Shown here piece after piece: positions 1 to 11,439 of a DNA stretch of 64,000 nucleotides. The notes beneath the pieces were generated by a model. It did no database searches and had not been told where the DNA came from. It saw only the letters and a list, made by a program, of their open reading frames with translations. This stretch comes from Neoechinorhynchus agilis (taxonomy: Eukaryota; Animalia; Acanthocephala). Position 1 is the first letter of the stretch, and each line of letters begins with the position of its first letter. The position numbers and the translations under genes are program-made. The stretch spans positions 15,106,784-15,170,783 of the forward strand of contig CM121341.1 in NCBI GenBank assembly GCA_051530055.1, read 5' to 3'.

Positions 1-243
1 CTTTGGTGTAAATATTCCTATAGCGAGTAAGTACCCGTCAATGGTCGCAAACATTCAGTTTTTGATTAACTAATGGAAGCATGAATTCACAAATGTTTGA
101 TTTCACTTTCTGACTATGCAACGGGGAACGCTACATCCGTCCTTCGGCCATTAAAACAGGACGACAGCTGAGTGATCAAGAGCGGTGGCGTGAATGTTTG
201 TAAGATCTTCAGTTTGAAGAGTTAAATCGAAGCTTCGTTAAAA

Positions 244-1327
244 ATGGATGCTACAGTTGTTTCGAGGATCCTCGCTCAAGATTCAATAGGGTTGGGCCTT
301 GCTGACATCGAATTCTCAAGAGAAAAGTGAGTGATTCGTAAAGCATGAATATAGGAAATGACATTAAATTTATAATTAATTGGATAATTTTCATTTATAT
401 TTTTCAAATTAAAAATGTGCTTCGGTTAGTCTTATGAGCGCTAGACATAAAAAACGTGTACTCGTTTGACATTAAGCATTTTTCAAGGGAATTTCCAACC
501 TCAATTCCAGATTTTTAACAGCGATGTCCTCCGATGCGCATAATTCAACTCATTCAAGTTCTCGAAAAGGTTACGACGGTTCCGAAGAGCTTTATAAGAT
601 CTTTTCAGAATCACTTAATCTAATAAAAATCCTTCTGAACCGATGTACCGTTTACTTGAATCGAAGCGAGAAACGAATTCTATTTACAAAAGCAGATATG
701 CTCAAATGGCAGAATGAAATTCGAATATTAAATGGGAAATCTCAACAAATCGGCCTTGCCACTTGCACTTTTAAGAGCCATTTAAACCAGGTGTTAAGCA
801 CTTTTGCTAAACGGAAGTTGAGAATCGATCAATTAAGACGTACGTTGGCTGAAACAGAGGCAAATTTAAGTAAGAAAATCCAAAACAAGAAGATATGGCT
901 CAATGAGCTGGATAGGACTGCCGATGTCAATCGAAAGTTACTCCAAGTTCTAGCTAGGCGCGAAGCGTATGTTAAAAGCACAAGCAACATTCTGATGATA
1001 CCTTCCATCAGAAACGCGCTCGTATCTCAAGCGAAGGAAATCAAGGAGATGCAGAATATTGGAATCAGCGAGCAGCGATATGTTCAGACTGACAAATACG
1101 ATCCTGGTGAAGACGGTGAAAGATTAGTTGAAAATTCACAAAAGGCGCTTGCGGAGTTGCTTTTGGAGCGCGACACTTTGAGGGCTAGAAGAAGAGAGGA
1201 GTTGGCGAGTTTAGAGAAGACCTTGTCCGATTTGACTGTGAATGGTGACAATGCATGGAATTTCATTCAAATATTCCGGAGCACGTTTATGCATATATTC
1301 GAAGATCACGTAGCGTGTGAGCAATGA
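244..1327 (+). CDS. Uncharacterised, probably coiled-coil protein (exons ~244-326 and 511-1327)
   Basis: 267-aa ORF 524-1327 rich in L/E/K/R heptad-like stretches. An upstream ATG exon joins in frame through a GTGAGT donor (327) and CCAG acceptor (510). No family recognised. Confidence 0.5.
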
Positions 1328-1946
1328 ACGATTTGAACGCAAAAGTCCTAAAGACATTAGAATTCGATTTGTAATGCCCGATTTTGCGAGCGTGAACACG
1401 AAAACCTAATGCAACCAGCGAAGTTAAACGGGCATTTAATATTTGTTTTATGGCGAAATCTCGTGCCTACACTTACAAGCAACCTTGATAAAAGCACGAG
1501 ATTGTGCCGAAATATCAGCTTTAATGAAATCCTTTTAATTTTTCGGCCATCTATCGAATTATATATCGGTTGTGTGTGCGATTATCACTTACACCAGCAA
1601 TTTTCAATCTTGGGATCATGATTAAAAATGGTGTATAGCAGTTTTCGACAGCATTTTTCTGTACTCCGTAAATCTCACTACACTATTACAAGCATTATAA
1701 ACATCGTAATATTACTATGTAAAGCACTGCCCACCCTCAGCCGAATTGGCTGGTTCAGAACAAAACATGTCATTGATGCTTCCATCCTTCTCTCTTTTGC
1801 CGTCATCACCAAAGAACTCGGACAAGTGATACCGCTGACATTCTGTCCTCGGGAAGGCCGATCAACTATTCTGTTTCTTTTATAACTTTTTGTTCTATGA
1901 GCTTGAACATTCAAATTAATTGTACTAAGAACAGGAATTACATTTT

Positions 1947-2960
1947 TTGCAACGCGAATTCCTCAACAAACACCCGACGATCAAAAGATGGCGTCGTTAT
2001 GCGGATGACGTATTCATCATTACAGAACAAGGAGTCGACGAGGGTGTGTTGGAAACTTTGATGAACGCAGAGGATGAGCGGATTCAGTGGACTATCACTA
2101 AGGAAAGTACTGACGGTATGATATCCTTCCTCGATGTCCAAGTGAATCGACATCACGATGGAACGGTGACTACGAGTCTATCGAAAACCCAAGGTACCAT
2201 GGGGACCATCGGAATGGACAAGTCATCTACCTATTCAGGACAAGATAAAGGTGGCACGTTCATATTTCCTTAGAGCCCTGAACATTTGTTCGTCCAACTC
2301 CATTTGGTCAAATGAAAGGAATGGTATCATCAAGGTCCTGCGGTTGAGGACCTTTCAAAGAATACCGAATGTGAGGATTATTGTCAAACAAGGGACGACA
2401 TTGGCTGGTTTTTGCAAAAAAGAAGACCGCGACAACACCTACATGCGGAGCCTACGAAATAGGATGTTCGGAATGCGATAAAGAGTATGTTGGACATACG
2501 ACGCAAGGTCTGAGCAAACGCATCCAACAGCACAAATACGCGTGTAGGCGTTTCGATCAATCTTCGGCAATATCTAACCATGAGCAGACATCTCAACATT
2601 GAGTTGACTTTGACGGTGCTGCTATGATTATGGCCGAAGCGAACTGGAAGCGAAGACTCGTGTATGAGGCCATACGCATTGTAGCGAACTGGACAATGGA
2701 GGGAAACAAGGTGAACTTTAGTCTCGCACTCCCAATCAACGATTTAAAGCTCAAAGAAAGCCGAACATTGCGCAGGGGGTTCGGGCGGACATTAATTCTC
2801 CGAACCACGGGCACGGCTAACCTGCGCTCCTGAGCCTAAGGTAACCCGTATAAACCAATTTGTAGATGTCTGAGGAGGTGAAGCAAAATGAGTCTCGGTT
2901 TTTGATCCGCACAACAAGAATAACTTTCCATCCGAATGTGATCTTGCACGAAACTTAAGT
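1947..2960 (+). mobile_element. 5'-truncated, frameshifted Penelope-like retroelement (RT C-terminal half plus GIY-YIG endonuclease)
   Basis: RRYADDVFII and ISFLDVQV RT motifs (1947-2273); GAYEIGCSECDKEYVGHT...KRIQQHK GIY-YIG motif (2381-2602); RRLVYEAIRI C-terminal motif; broken into several frames. Confidence 0.85.
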
Positions 2961-3412
2961 ATATTGTTGGTATTCTAAGGTGAGGTCGTCACCGCATACC
3001 AAGTTTAGGTCGTGACTACAGAAAGGACACTATGTTCAATTTTACAAGCAGATTCAATATTGAGGTAATAATGGAAGCAACGAAATAATGTAACCATGAA
3101 TTGTAGTTGTCCATTTAAGTGCAGAAAACTGTATACTGCTTCTTTTATCACTTTTTCAAGGTTTTCAGGAAATAACGAAATTTTGGTTTGATCAAAGATC
3201 GAATAACTTGATAATTTTTTCTAACATGAAGGACGTTTAGTTGAACAAAATTACAACTGGACGTAGAATGTGATTCTAGTGTAAAACCGCTTTGAATTTC
3301 AAAGAACATATCGCATTGATCCTGAGCAAAATAGTGAATACTTGTGATGTAGGTAAGAAATTCCTCCAAGTTTCAAAAAAGAAGTGTATCTTTATTCCAT
3401 TTTCTACTTTCA

Positions 3413-5264
3413 TTAGTCGTCGTCATCATCTTCTCTTAGACTTGATTCGGCGAACTGCACGGCCTCCTTGTATATATCGTCCGGAACTCGTTGAAAAGTA
3501 AATCCCGATTCTGCACAAACCCAGCCAAGTTCAAGCTCGAATAATCTGTCTTTTACTTCATCATGAACCTTGTATATTCTAAAGAAAAACACGGTCTAAA
3601 ACCAAATAGAAATGATATTTGCTTGTACATTTTAGCGGCTTCGTTCACAAGTGATCTCATATCATTATCGGGCAATTTGATTTTCTCTATTTCCGTTTTG
3701 GCCGACTGTTGTGCCTTTCCTATAGCACAACCTTCGAATCCATAGCAAGTACCAGAAGGTTCTATCATGTAGATTTCTGGAGTTCGACCATCGGCACCGC
3801 ATGAGGCCGTGAGTACTGCACAACCGAAAGGTCTTACCATCGCGTAATACATTGGATTTCGTTTGGGGGTTAGCAATGAATAAAATTATCAGTAAATATT
3901 GAGAGAGAAAAAATACATAGAATTATAATGGATGTTTCATAACAAACGAAACCATGCTGTTTTTAGTATTCGAAATTTATCGACAAAGACTTCGATGTTC
4001 CACTTGGGTAAGACTTCACACTTTTCTTGGTATTAATGAACTAGTTAAAATATTTTTTCCAAAACTTCAAGTACTACCTTTACTACGGAGATTTGCCAAA
4101 GGGTTTTAATCGTTAATATGAAAATCAAAGAATCTCACGCCTTAGCCTCTTAAAGCATTCAAAAACACCTAAATTTCAAATAAATCCGCCTAAAAGTAAG
4201 GATTTTTTGATTCTACACGCCTACAATGACTTTAGAGCAAAGAATCTTCTGAAAAGCAATTTAACGATTGCGAAATCGGGCGGATTAAGAAACAAAAAGT
4301 TTAAACGGACGATATTAACAAACCTAAAAATCGTGCACCTTATACCGCTAAATGCTAAACGTTGAAATTGTCGCTACTTTAAAACACACTTCACATCTCC
4401 ATGCGCCTTTGTAGATTCCTGAAACGTCGAAATCTCGGAAATGCCCAAATGTCAATTTTCGAAGACAAAATTTGATCATGCAGCTGGAAAATCGAGTAGT
4501 TTTATGGACAAACCGATCTTTACTAATGCCACAATGAAAGCTCGGAAATAAAGATTTTTCTATTTGTCACTACAGCGGCCCTCCCTGTCAAGTGTCCATT
4601 TCCGAAAACAAAACTTGATAATGCGGCTAAAAATCGAATAGTGCCTATCGCGCTTTTTTTCGCTAATTCTCCAATTTTTTGTCTAAAAAAGTCAGTGCAG
4701 AAAAGTCAGAAGCTAATTAACACATTTTGCGTGATTTTCTATTAAAAAATATGGACAGTGCTTTGTTCGCTTGAAACGATATCCTCTGCCGTAGAGTGTG
4801 TAAGCGTGCATATACATCGATACCCGTTCACTGAGTGCCTTTAGCGGAACGGGATTTCCGGTCCATTTCTTCATATCAGCAGCTTCATTCCGAGCAACTT
4901 CTGCAATCTCTCTAGCATCCGACAAGAAACCACCAGCGACGAGACCAACGTGTCGATCGATTTTGAACATCCTACTGAAAGAATTCGGTTCGTAGAGTTT
5001 ACTGGTCAATATGTTCTCACTGGCCAATACTACTCCAGTCTTACATTTAAGGGCAATCACAGTCCTAGGAGATCAATATTCTTTAAAGATGCGAAACTTT
5101 TATGTATAGATACTGACCCGCTGTTTTCAACAGCCTTAGCTGCATATTCCACTTGAAATATCCTTCCGTCAGGCGAGAACTGACTTGCTGACCAATCGTA
5201 CTAAAACGAAACTTACGGAAGCGAAAAAAGACCATGGACTTACGCCTGAACCGAGAGCAGTCAT
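3413..5264 (-). CDS. PSMA3: Proteasome subunit alpha type-3 (alpha7); exons 5264-5244, 5200-5118, 5064-4792, 3844-3629, 3578-3413
   Basis: [72 protein letters not shown] and an acidic tail. Three GT-AG introns and one non-canonical interruption. Confidence 0.95.
3845..4791 (-). other. Non-GT-AG intervening sequence in PSMA3 (947 nt)
   Basis: Splits [11 protein letters not shown]; TACG direct repeat at both junctions; 12/15 inverted repeat at 3850-3864 and 4774-4788; no AG acceptor before AMV. Confidence 0.75.
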
Positions 5265-5869
5265 GATTGTAAAAGCCTTTCGAAAATGAGAATTTCGAAC
5301 GAATGTTGTGAATTCTTCCTGACCGTTTGATCGAACGGTGAACAATTTTCTAGCAAAACAACCAAAGGGCACCAAATAACGCTGAAAGGAGGTAGTCTTG
5401 TCTCCTCGGTGTATATCTAAGAATCCGTAAAGATATACAAACTCATAACCGTATGATTCAAAGATATTAAGTGATTCTATACGCTTTTCTGACTCAAGAT
5501 ATCGGTTGGCTGTGTATCCAATAAATCAGCCGTGTAGGATAACGGAATCTACGCTGGTAGATTTCTTGATTTTTTTGAGAGATTTTATGTTTGCTTGAAT
5601 ATTTTTAGCTCTAAATGCGCAGATTATGCCCACTGAATGGTCTTGGGAATTTAATCAGCTTTATCCGGTTCAAAATTTGGTTAAAAAAGATTTTATGTTT
5701 TCGCGGTTCGTTGGGTTCATCATCAGTTTGTCGCAGCTCGAAACGCGAAAACGCTCTCCACAGGGCGAAGACCAAAACAACAAATTTAAAACGTTTTCAT
5801 GATTTTCCACAAATTCATGCAAAATTATCCCTGCATGTTAGAAATGGGTTATTTACGTAAATTGTAATC

Positions 5870-6772
5870 TCAAGCACGGGCCTCAACGTGTAAACTACAT
5901 CGTTCCTCTGAGTGATAAAATGTCCTGATCCAAACTGACCCTCGTGCGAATCTTAGGACAAGAACAGTGCCTCCTGATCGAATATTAGCGATGTCCGTTT
6001 GTCTACTTGGTATCCGAGCCAAATTTTCCCTCAGAAACCGATTTGCTGCCTCTAGATAATTCCTCATGGACGAATACCTTTCGCCGTGTTTCGCGTAATG
6101 AAAAGCTAGATCAATGGTCGCTTCGAAGTTCAGAAGGGCATCCCCAAGTAACCCTTTTCGTATACCCTGCAAATCTCCATAATAACCCGAGTGACTATTT
6201 TGTTCATTTGCCATTGCAAAATACTCGTCTGCCATACGGTGAAGGTCACTTTGATTGAATTGTACATAATCGGTACATGGCGGATAATACCTCCGAGCTC
6301 CCCTTATGACCTCAAACAGCTCACTATTATGTAAAGTAGAATTTTGGGCTGATCCATATTCGGCGATGATATCTCGACGACGGGATAGAGCTATAATCAT
6401 TTGATACGCAGCGCTGAATCGATATCGATCTTTAATACTTCGATCACTACTATAACTAAAGTTCGTCGCCCAAGAAACAGCAGCCCGAATCACGGTTGGG
6501 CTTGAACCAATAGTAACATCAATCAATTTCGATGCAAGATCGTCCAACTCATTCTGATCACACGTTCGACACGACTTCGCGTGGAGTTCGGAAAAGTTGA
6601 ATCCGGTTAGCCGTGAAAAGGTTTGTACATTCGATGGATTTTCAACAGTCGTTAAGTTTAAGCGTCGGTGTGAAGTGCTAAGAACGTCCAAACTGAAATG
6701 TAGAATAAAGCCAACCAATACAGAAAATATTACAACACAGACGAAGAGCCACTTCAGAGTTGTGTGTCTCAT
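5870..6772 (-). CDS. Intronless type II membrane protein with a C-terminal domain resembling bacterial polymorphic-toxin RNases
   Basis: 300-aa ORF; N-terminal hydrophobic anchor; several N-x-S/T sequons; C-terminal FHYAKHG...YLEAANRFL...IRTFYH. Confidence 0.65.
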   Translation of the reverse strand: MRHTTLKWLFVCVVIFSVLVGFILHFSLDVLSTSHRRLNLTTVENPSNVQTFSRLTGFNFSELHAKSCRTCDQNELDDLASKLIDVTIGSSPTVIRAAVSWATNFSYSSDRSIKDRYRFSAAYQMIIALSRRRDIIAEYGSAQNSTLHNSELFEVIRGARRYYPPCTDYVQFNQSDLHRMADEYFAMANEQNSHSGYYGDLQGIRKGLLGDALLNFEATIDLAFHYAKHGERYSSMRNYLEAANRFLRENLARIPSRQTDIANIRSGGTVLVLRFARGSVWIRTFYHSEERCSLHVEARA

Positions 6773-6958
6773 TTCTTTGCAAAGACGACACAGTTGCGCT
6801 ACAAAAATTTTGGTGATTTGTCAAGAAAGTGAAATGCTTTTGACCTGTAGAGATTTTATCTTTCTTTGCTTGGATACTATAAGCTGACGACGATTAGGGG
6901 TTGTTCCGTCAAAGAACGTGAAAAAAGCTTCTCTTCTTTTTATTGTATGCAAAGTGTT

Positions 6959-7362
6959 AAATTTGAATTGTGGTGATCACCGAATGGAAAATATTAGATT
7001 GAAACATTTCAAATGAGAAAAGATATTAGTTATTTTGTAAGGCTCGGGAACGCCGGATCGCCCGAGGTTCGAGAATAGTATGCCGGTCCCTTCGTTTATG
7101 TGGCGTTTTGCCTAACACGTCAATGGTCGATAGCACCTTAAGCTAAAGTTTTGTTTCTTTCCATTGTGTTGTACGCCGTTTTTTAAGGCTTTACTCCTCG
7201 ACAAAATGCGTGTTATCATCGGATTGTGTTTTTTGGTAAATGCTGGGGTTCACCGAACATTAGGCGATCCGACGTTCCAGAGCCTTACAAAACAACAACA
7301 ACAAAAAATTAGATGACTGATGAGGCGAAGCTTCCTCTTATCCAGTGATCACCACATCAAAA
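6959..7362. mobile_element. MITE-like non-autonomous element with terminal and subterminal inverted repeats
   Basis: TGTGGTGATCAC (6969-6980) is the perfect inverse of 7345-7356; an inner arm of ~28 bp (~7036-7063) inverts with ~7263-7290; 254 bp recur at 51604-51857. Confidence 0.75.
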
Positions 7363-7522
7363 CTCTATCATTCCGAAGGATTCTCTCTCGATGAGTGTTG
7401 AATTTGTTTGACTCACAGAGTTCAACTGGATAACGACGAAATTTTATCTCTTAACTTGTACTAATATGAAAATTACGTTTTACAAAATAATCATTTGGAC
7501 CGTATACCGTTCTACTTTCTAG

Positions 7523-9466
7523 ATGGCGAAACTTCGATTCGCCATCGTCTGCTCAAACAATCAGAATCGTAGTATGGAAGCGCATAATTATATGCGCACA
7601 AAAGGATTCAATGTCCGTTCGTTTGGAACTGGAAAACGGGTACGGTTGCCCGGTCTTTCAGCAGAAAAACCTAACATCTTTTCATTCGATGTCTCCTATG
7701 AATCAATGTATCAAAGGCTTTCAGTGAAAGATAAATACTTGTGAGTTTGCACAAACGCTTTCAGTTGAATTAAATGATACAGGAAGACTTGTTTAAATTT
7801 AGTTTTCACTATTTATTGCTATTTTCAGTCTATTTCAGGGCTCATGGGACCACATCGGGACACGATCGTTTTAGTTTTAGTAAAAGGTTGCTCCGATTAA
7901 CCGAATTTGACTGTATATTACGATCATTTAAATACATTTGTTTCGGTTATTTGGAATTTGATCCTAATATCGGGTTGGCCCTATTAACCGCATTTGACTG
8001 CATTTAAAATTGATTCTCATATTAACCCAAATATCATATATCATTGTCCTCGGGGTAAATTTGATTGCGAAATATTTCTCAAATAAATAAATGAGAACGA
8101 TAACGTCTGGGGCAGGATTCGCCAACGTGCAATTAACTCAAATTTTCGATTTTATAGTAAAAACTTCTTTTTGAAGCTTTTTAGATTTCTCAACTACGAA
8201 ACTAACTTCCAGCGCGTAAAAGAAGAAATAGCTTAATTGTTGGTTAAATAGTTCGCTACTACCGTCAATCATTGTGTAGAATATTTAATCGCAATAAAAT
8301 TTCGAAAATCCTAATCACTCATGCTGATCAAATTCAATTCGTTTTAAGCCTAGAAACGAAAGATTAACAAGTTTCATCTTCTCCTACTACAAAATAGTTA
8401 TACACAAAATGGTGTGCTGAATATGCTTGAGAGAAATGCAAGGATTAAGAAAAAACCCGAAAAGTATCAAAATTGTCCAGATAACTTTGACATACTATTT
8501 ACAGTCGAAGAGAGAATATTTGATACTGTTTTAGAATGTAAGTACCTTTAGTCTTAGTCGTAAAATATTTCAGCCTATACAATTCAGCCAAGATTAAAGG
8601 TGATCTTGTATCGATCGAGGGATGGACTCACGTGATTAATATTCCTATTGAAGATAATCATGAGGATGCCACATTTGGCGCATGTACATTAGCTTACTGA
8701 TTTTGGAGGCTTCAGGGTTGTGCATTTGCTACTATTAGGTTTAATCTTATGGTTTTTAAAGTGACACAAATATCTAGCAGTTAGAAGGCCGGAAAGCGCT
8801 GAATTCTATTCTGTTGGCGTGATTCCAGCGTTTGCACTATCAGCGCAATCCTAGTCACTTTTTGTGTGAAATAATTTGGAAATGACAGTTTTTCATTCAG
8901 TAATTTTTTAACAATTTTATTCTAGTCGACGCTGCATTAATCACGACCCAACACGCCACCCCTCGTGCCCATGATGCTGGCGGTGTTCTTACGCTGAACT
9001 GCCATGTTTATCCTCTTAAGAAGGCCTTAGTCCTCTGGTCATTTCCCTTATTTGAGAACCAAATTCGTCGCTTAGTTTAAGGGCCGAATCGCCGAGTCTC
9101 AGAAATTGCACGAAATCGTGGTCTTTTCCGCCGCGGACGCTGCACCTTCCGGCTCCGAGTTGGTGTTATTTTGATTGCTAAACCTATGAAGAAATTATTA
9201 TTTCCTAATCTAAGGGACGATATCTTGCACATTTACTCAAAAGTGAAACAACATAAACGTGCAATTTTGCCGAAAATCACAGCTGTTATTCACGAATGCT
9301 CTAAGTTGAATAAATCAAACTCTAAATCTTCAAAATCAGCGACATATCTGAGTTGGCAGAACAATTGGAACAAACAGACAATCTGGATGACGACGCCTCT
9401 ATGATCATTGAGGAATTCGAAAAGCGATTAGAAAGGCCAGTGTTGCACGCTCTAATGTTTTACTAA
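7523..9466 (+). CDS. SSU72: RNA polymerase II CTD phosphatase SSU72; exons 7523-7740, 8398-8537, 8588-8691, 9347-9466 (193 aa)
   Basis: VCSNNQNRSMEAH catalytic motif, SFGTG..VRLPG, YTQNGVLNMLERN, IEDNHEDATFGA, VLHALMFY*. The assembled length matches the ~194-aa family. Confidence 0.95.
8692..9346 (+). other. Non-canonical intervening sequence in SSU72 (655 nt)
   Basis: The available GT donor is phase 1 and the only usable AG is phase 2. TA repeat at 8690-91 and 9345-46; inverted repeat CTGATTTTG (8697) / CAAAATCAG (9339). Confidence 0.6.
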
Positions 9467-9485
9467 ATTTAGAGATGTAAGTTGG

Positions 9486-10400
9486 TTAATAGTAAGGTCT
9501 TCGTGGATTATTGAGTGGATTCGGCCTGAACTTATAAGCGAGCATCATTCTTTTACGATACATTGAATATTGATCGTCATCCCGATCTTCTTTTGATCTC
9601 AATCCACTTCTAGGTTCTCTACTAATTACCGATATCGGTTCAACGTATCCATGCTCTTGCTTTCCAAGTCCACTCCCATCCTTCCATCCCATTTTCAATA
9701 ACATTCGAAACCCAATGTTTTCCACTTGAAGTTTGAATTCCTGATAATCAGTTTTCTCGGGCTCTTTTCCATTTTCAAGCATATTGAACGTCGAGAGGAA
9801 ACGTGGAAGTTCGTGCGATGGTAAAAAGTCGCCAATGTGATGTTTGCCTTCTCCGACTTCCGTTAGCTTTTGGGCATATTTTCTCGTCGCTTCCATTTCT
9901 GCTTTACGGACCTTGTGCTCCCATGTTTCGGCTTTTTCAATTCCATCCAATAAATTTAATGTTCAACCGAACCGAAATAGAAGCAATTTAAAGTTGTGAT
10001 TTCAAAACAAACTTCCCCGCCCCGTCAGTTCGACTAGTTGATTCATTCATCCTTTTTCCAATGCTTTCTATCGATCGCTCTCATTTTGTTTGCAATTTTA
10101 TCAATATCGCGTCGTTTAGCCATCATCACCTCATATAATCGTTGCAGTTCTCGTTGCTCACGAGCCTCTTCTTTCTGTTTTTGAATTGCTACTAAACTTG
10201 AAACTCGAGAATTGATCAAATCGGCAACCCTTCGAGCTTTTTCTTGAGATTCCAAAATTATAAAATCTCTCTCAGTGGCATCGTCTACTTTAGCTTTTTT
10301 TAGCTGATCGGAGTGAGTATATTGGAAACATCGTCTTGATTGATTTTGCATGGACTCTTTCAATGATTCAGAATTCATTCGAGAGAAAAAGATCTAAAAC
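9486..10400 (-). CDS. SUGP1: SURP and G-patch domain protein 1-like, 3' part (5' exons unresolved)
   Basis: TWEHKVRKAEME, HHIGDFLP, G-patch NIGFRMLLKMGWKDGSGLG, terminal RKRMMLAYKFRPNPLNNPRRPYY*. Confidence 0.9.
9957..10045 (-). other. Probable non-canonical intervening sequence in SUGP1 (89 nt)
   Basis: The upstream frame stops at TGA with no GT before it; the downstream frame opens with no AG; inverted repeat TCAAC..CGAA / TTCG..GTTGA near the ends. Confidence 0.5.
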
Positions 10401-11010
10401 ACTCAGCTCATTTTTCAATAGAACTAAATTTGTCCATATGCTTCAAAATAAAACTGTTTTTTGAAAAACCCATCTAAAATGCTTCGATATTTTGTTTGGA
10501 TGCCACTGATGCTCCTGTGTGCGAAGTTCTCATGAATAGAGGATTGAAACACCTTTTCGAGCCATCTAAATCGAATGCTAAATTTAAACTCGTATTTGAA
10601 CAAAATGCGAAACCCGCGAGAACAGTTGAATTTAAAGCGAAATATCAGCAGTATCGGATGAAAGAACACGAGCGAAACTTCCGATGTTTCTCGAATCTTG
10701 AGACACGCCTCGTTTTCAACTATGCTTGCGTAATCTGTGTTTGCGAATATCTTCCGTAACGAATCACGCTACGAAGCACTACTTCGCATCATTTGTTTTG
10801 TCTTTATTAAAGAGTTCGGGCTACTTTCGAGCCACGATTTACATATTTGGAATTAACATTGAAGAGCGCTGAGTGATGTAATTTCGGCTCTCTAGCGTGA
10901 TTTTTTCGAACTAAGATATTTTATGTAACAAAAGCGAACAAACTCCATTTGAAATAAAGAGGGCGCTTTTTTGGGTGAAATTTCGAACGCAAAATGCGTG
11001 TTTCTAGATA

Positions 11011-11439
11011 ATGAACACACTCATAGTGCCCATAAGAAATATCTCATTCCACACTTGGGCCAAACGGAATTTTGTCAGGCTATTTAACGATAAAATGGGA
11101 AAACTTAACTGCGATATGTTCACTGCTAAGCCCACTTACGTTGCAGAAGTTCTCAAACATTGTCGAAGATTGGATACAGGTCAATGGATCCGACCGCGAC
11201 TTGACCGAGACAAGCCGTTTCAGTACAAAACTGATAATGAAATAAAAGAGGCCGAGGACCATATCTTTTGCACAAAAGAAGAAAGCGAATATCTTGACAA
11301 TCTCGTGACGGATTTTTTCAAAACAAAGCGGCATTATGTCGATAAGAAATATACAATATACGATCCGTACCAAAAAAGATGGCATTTAAAGGAAAGCCGT
11401 TTAGTGAGCACGAGACGTTCTCCTTTTTATCCGTGTTAA
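11011..11439 (+). CDS. Uncharacterised 142-aa protein, divergent from SUGP1
   Basis: ATG-initiated ORF with plausible composition; no family recognised. Confidence 0.5.
   Translation: MNTLIVPIRNISFHTWAKRNFVRLFNDKMGKLNCDMFTAKPTYVAEVLKHCRRLDTGQWIRPRLDRDKPFQYKTDNEIKEAEDHIFCTKEESEYLDNLVTDFFKTKRHYVDKKYTIYDPYQKRWHLKESRLVSTRRSPFYPC

Noticed and set aside
1700-1870. Minus-strand peptide TECQRYHLSEFFGDD resembling a RecQ zinc-binding segment
   Set aside because: The open frame is under 50 codons with no other helicase motifs nearby.
4770-4785. U12-type AT-AC intron in PSMA3 (ATATCGTTT resembles ATATCCTTT)
   Set aside because: Nearby AC ends give frameshifts or a 10-aa insertion, and an AT-AG version deletes the conserved Arg of RPFG.
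7315-7340. CTGATGAG as a hammerhead ribozyme core
   Set aside because: There is no downstream GAAA or compatible stems.
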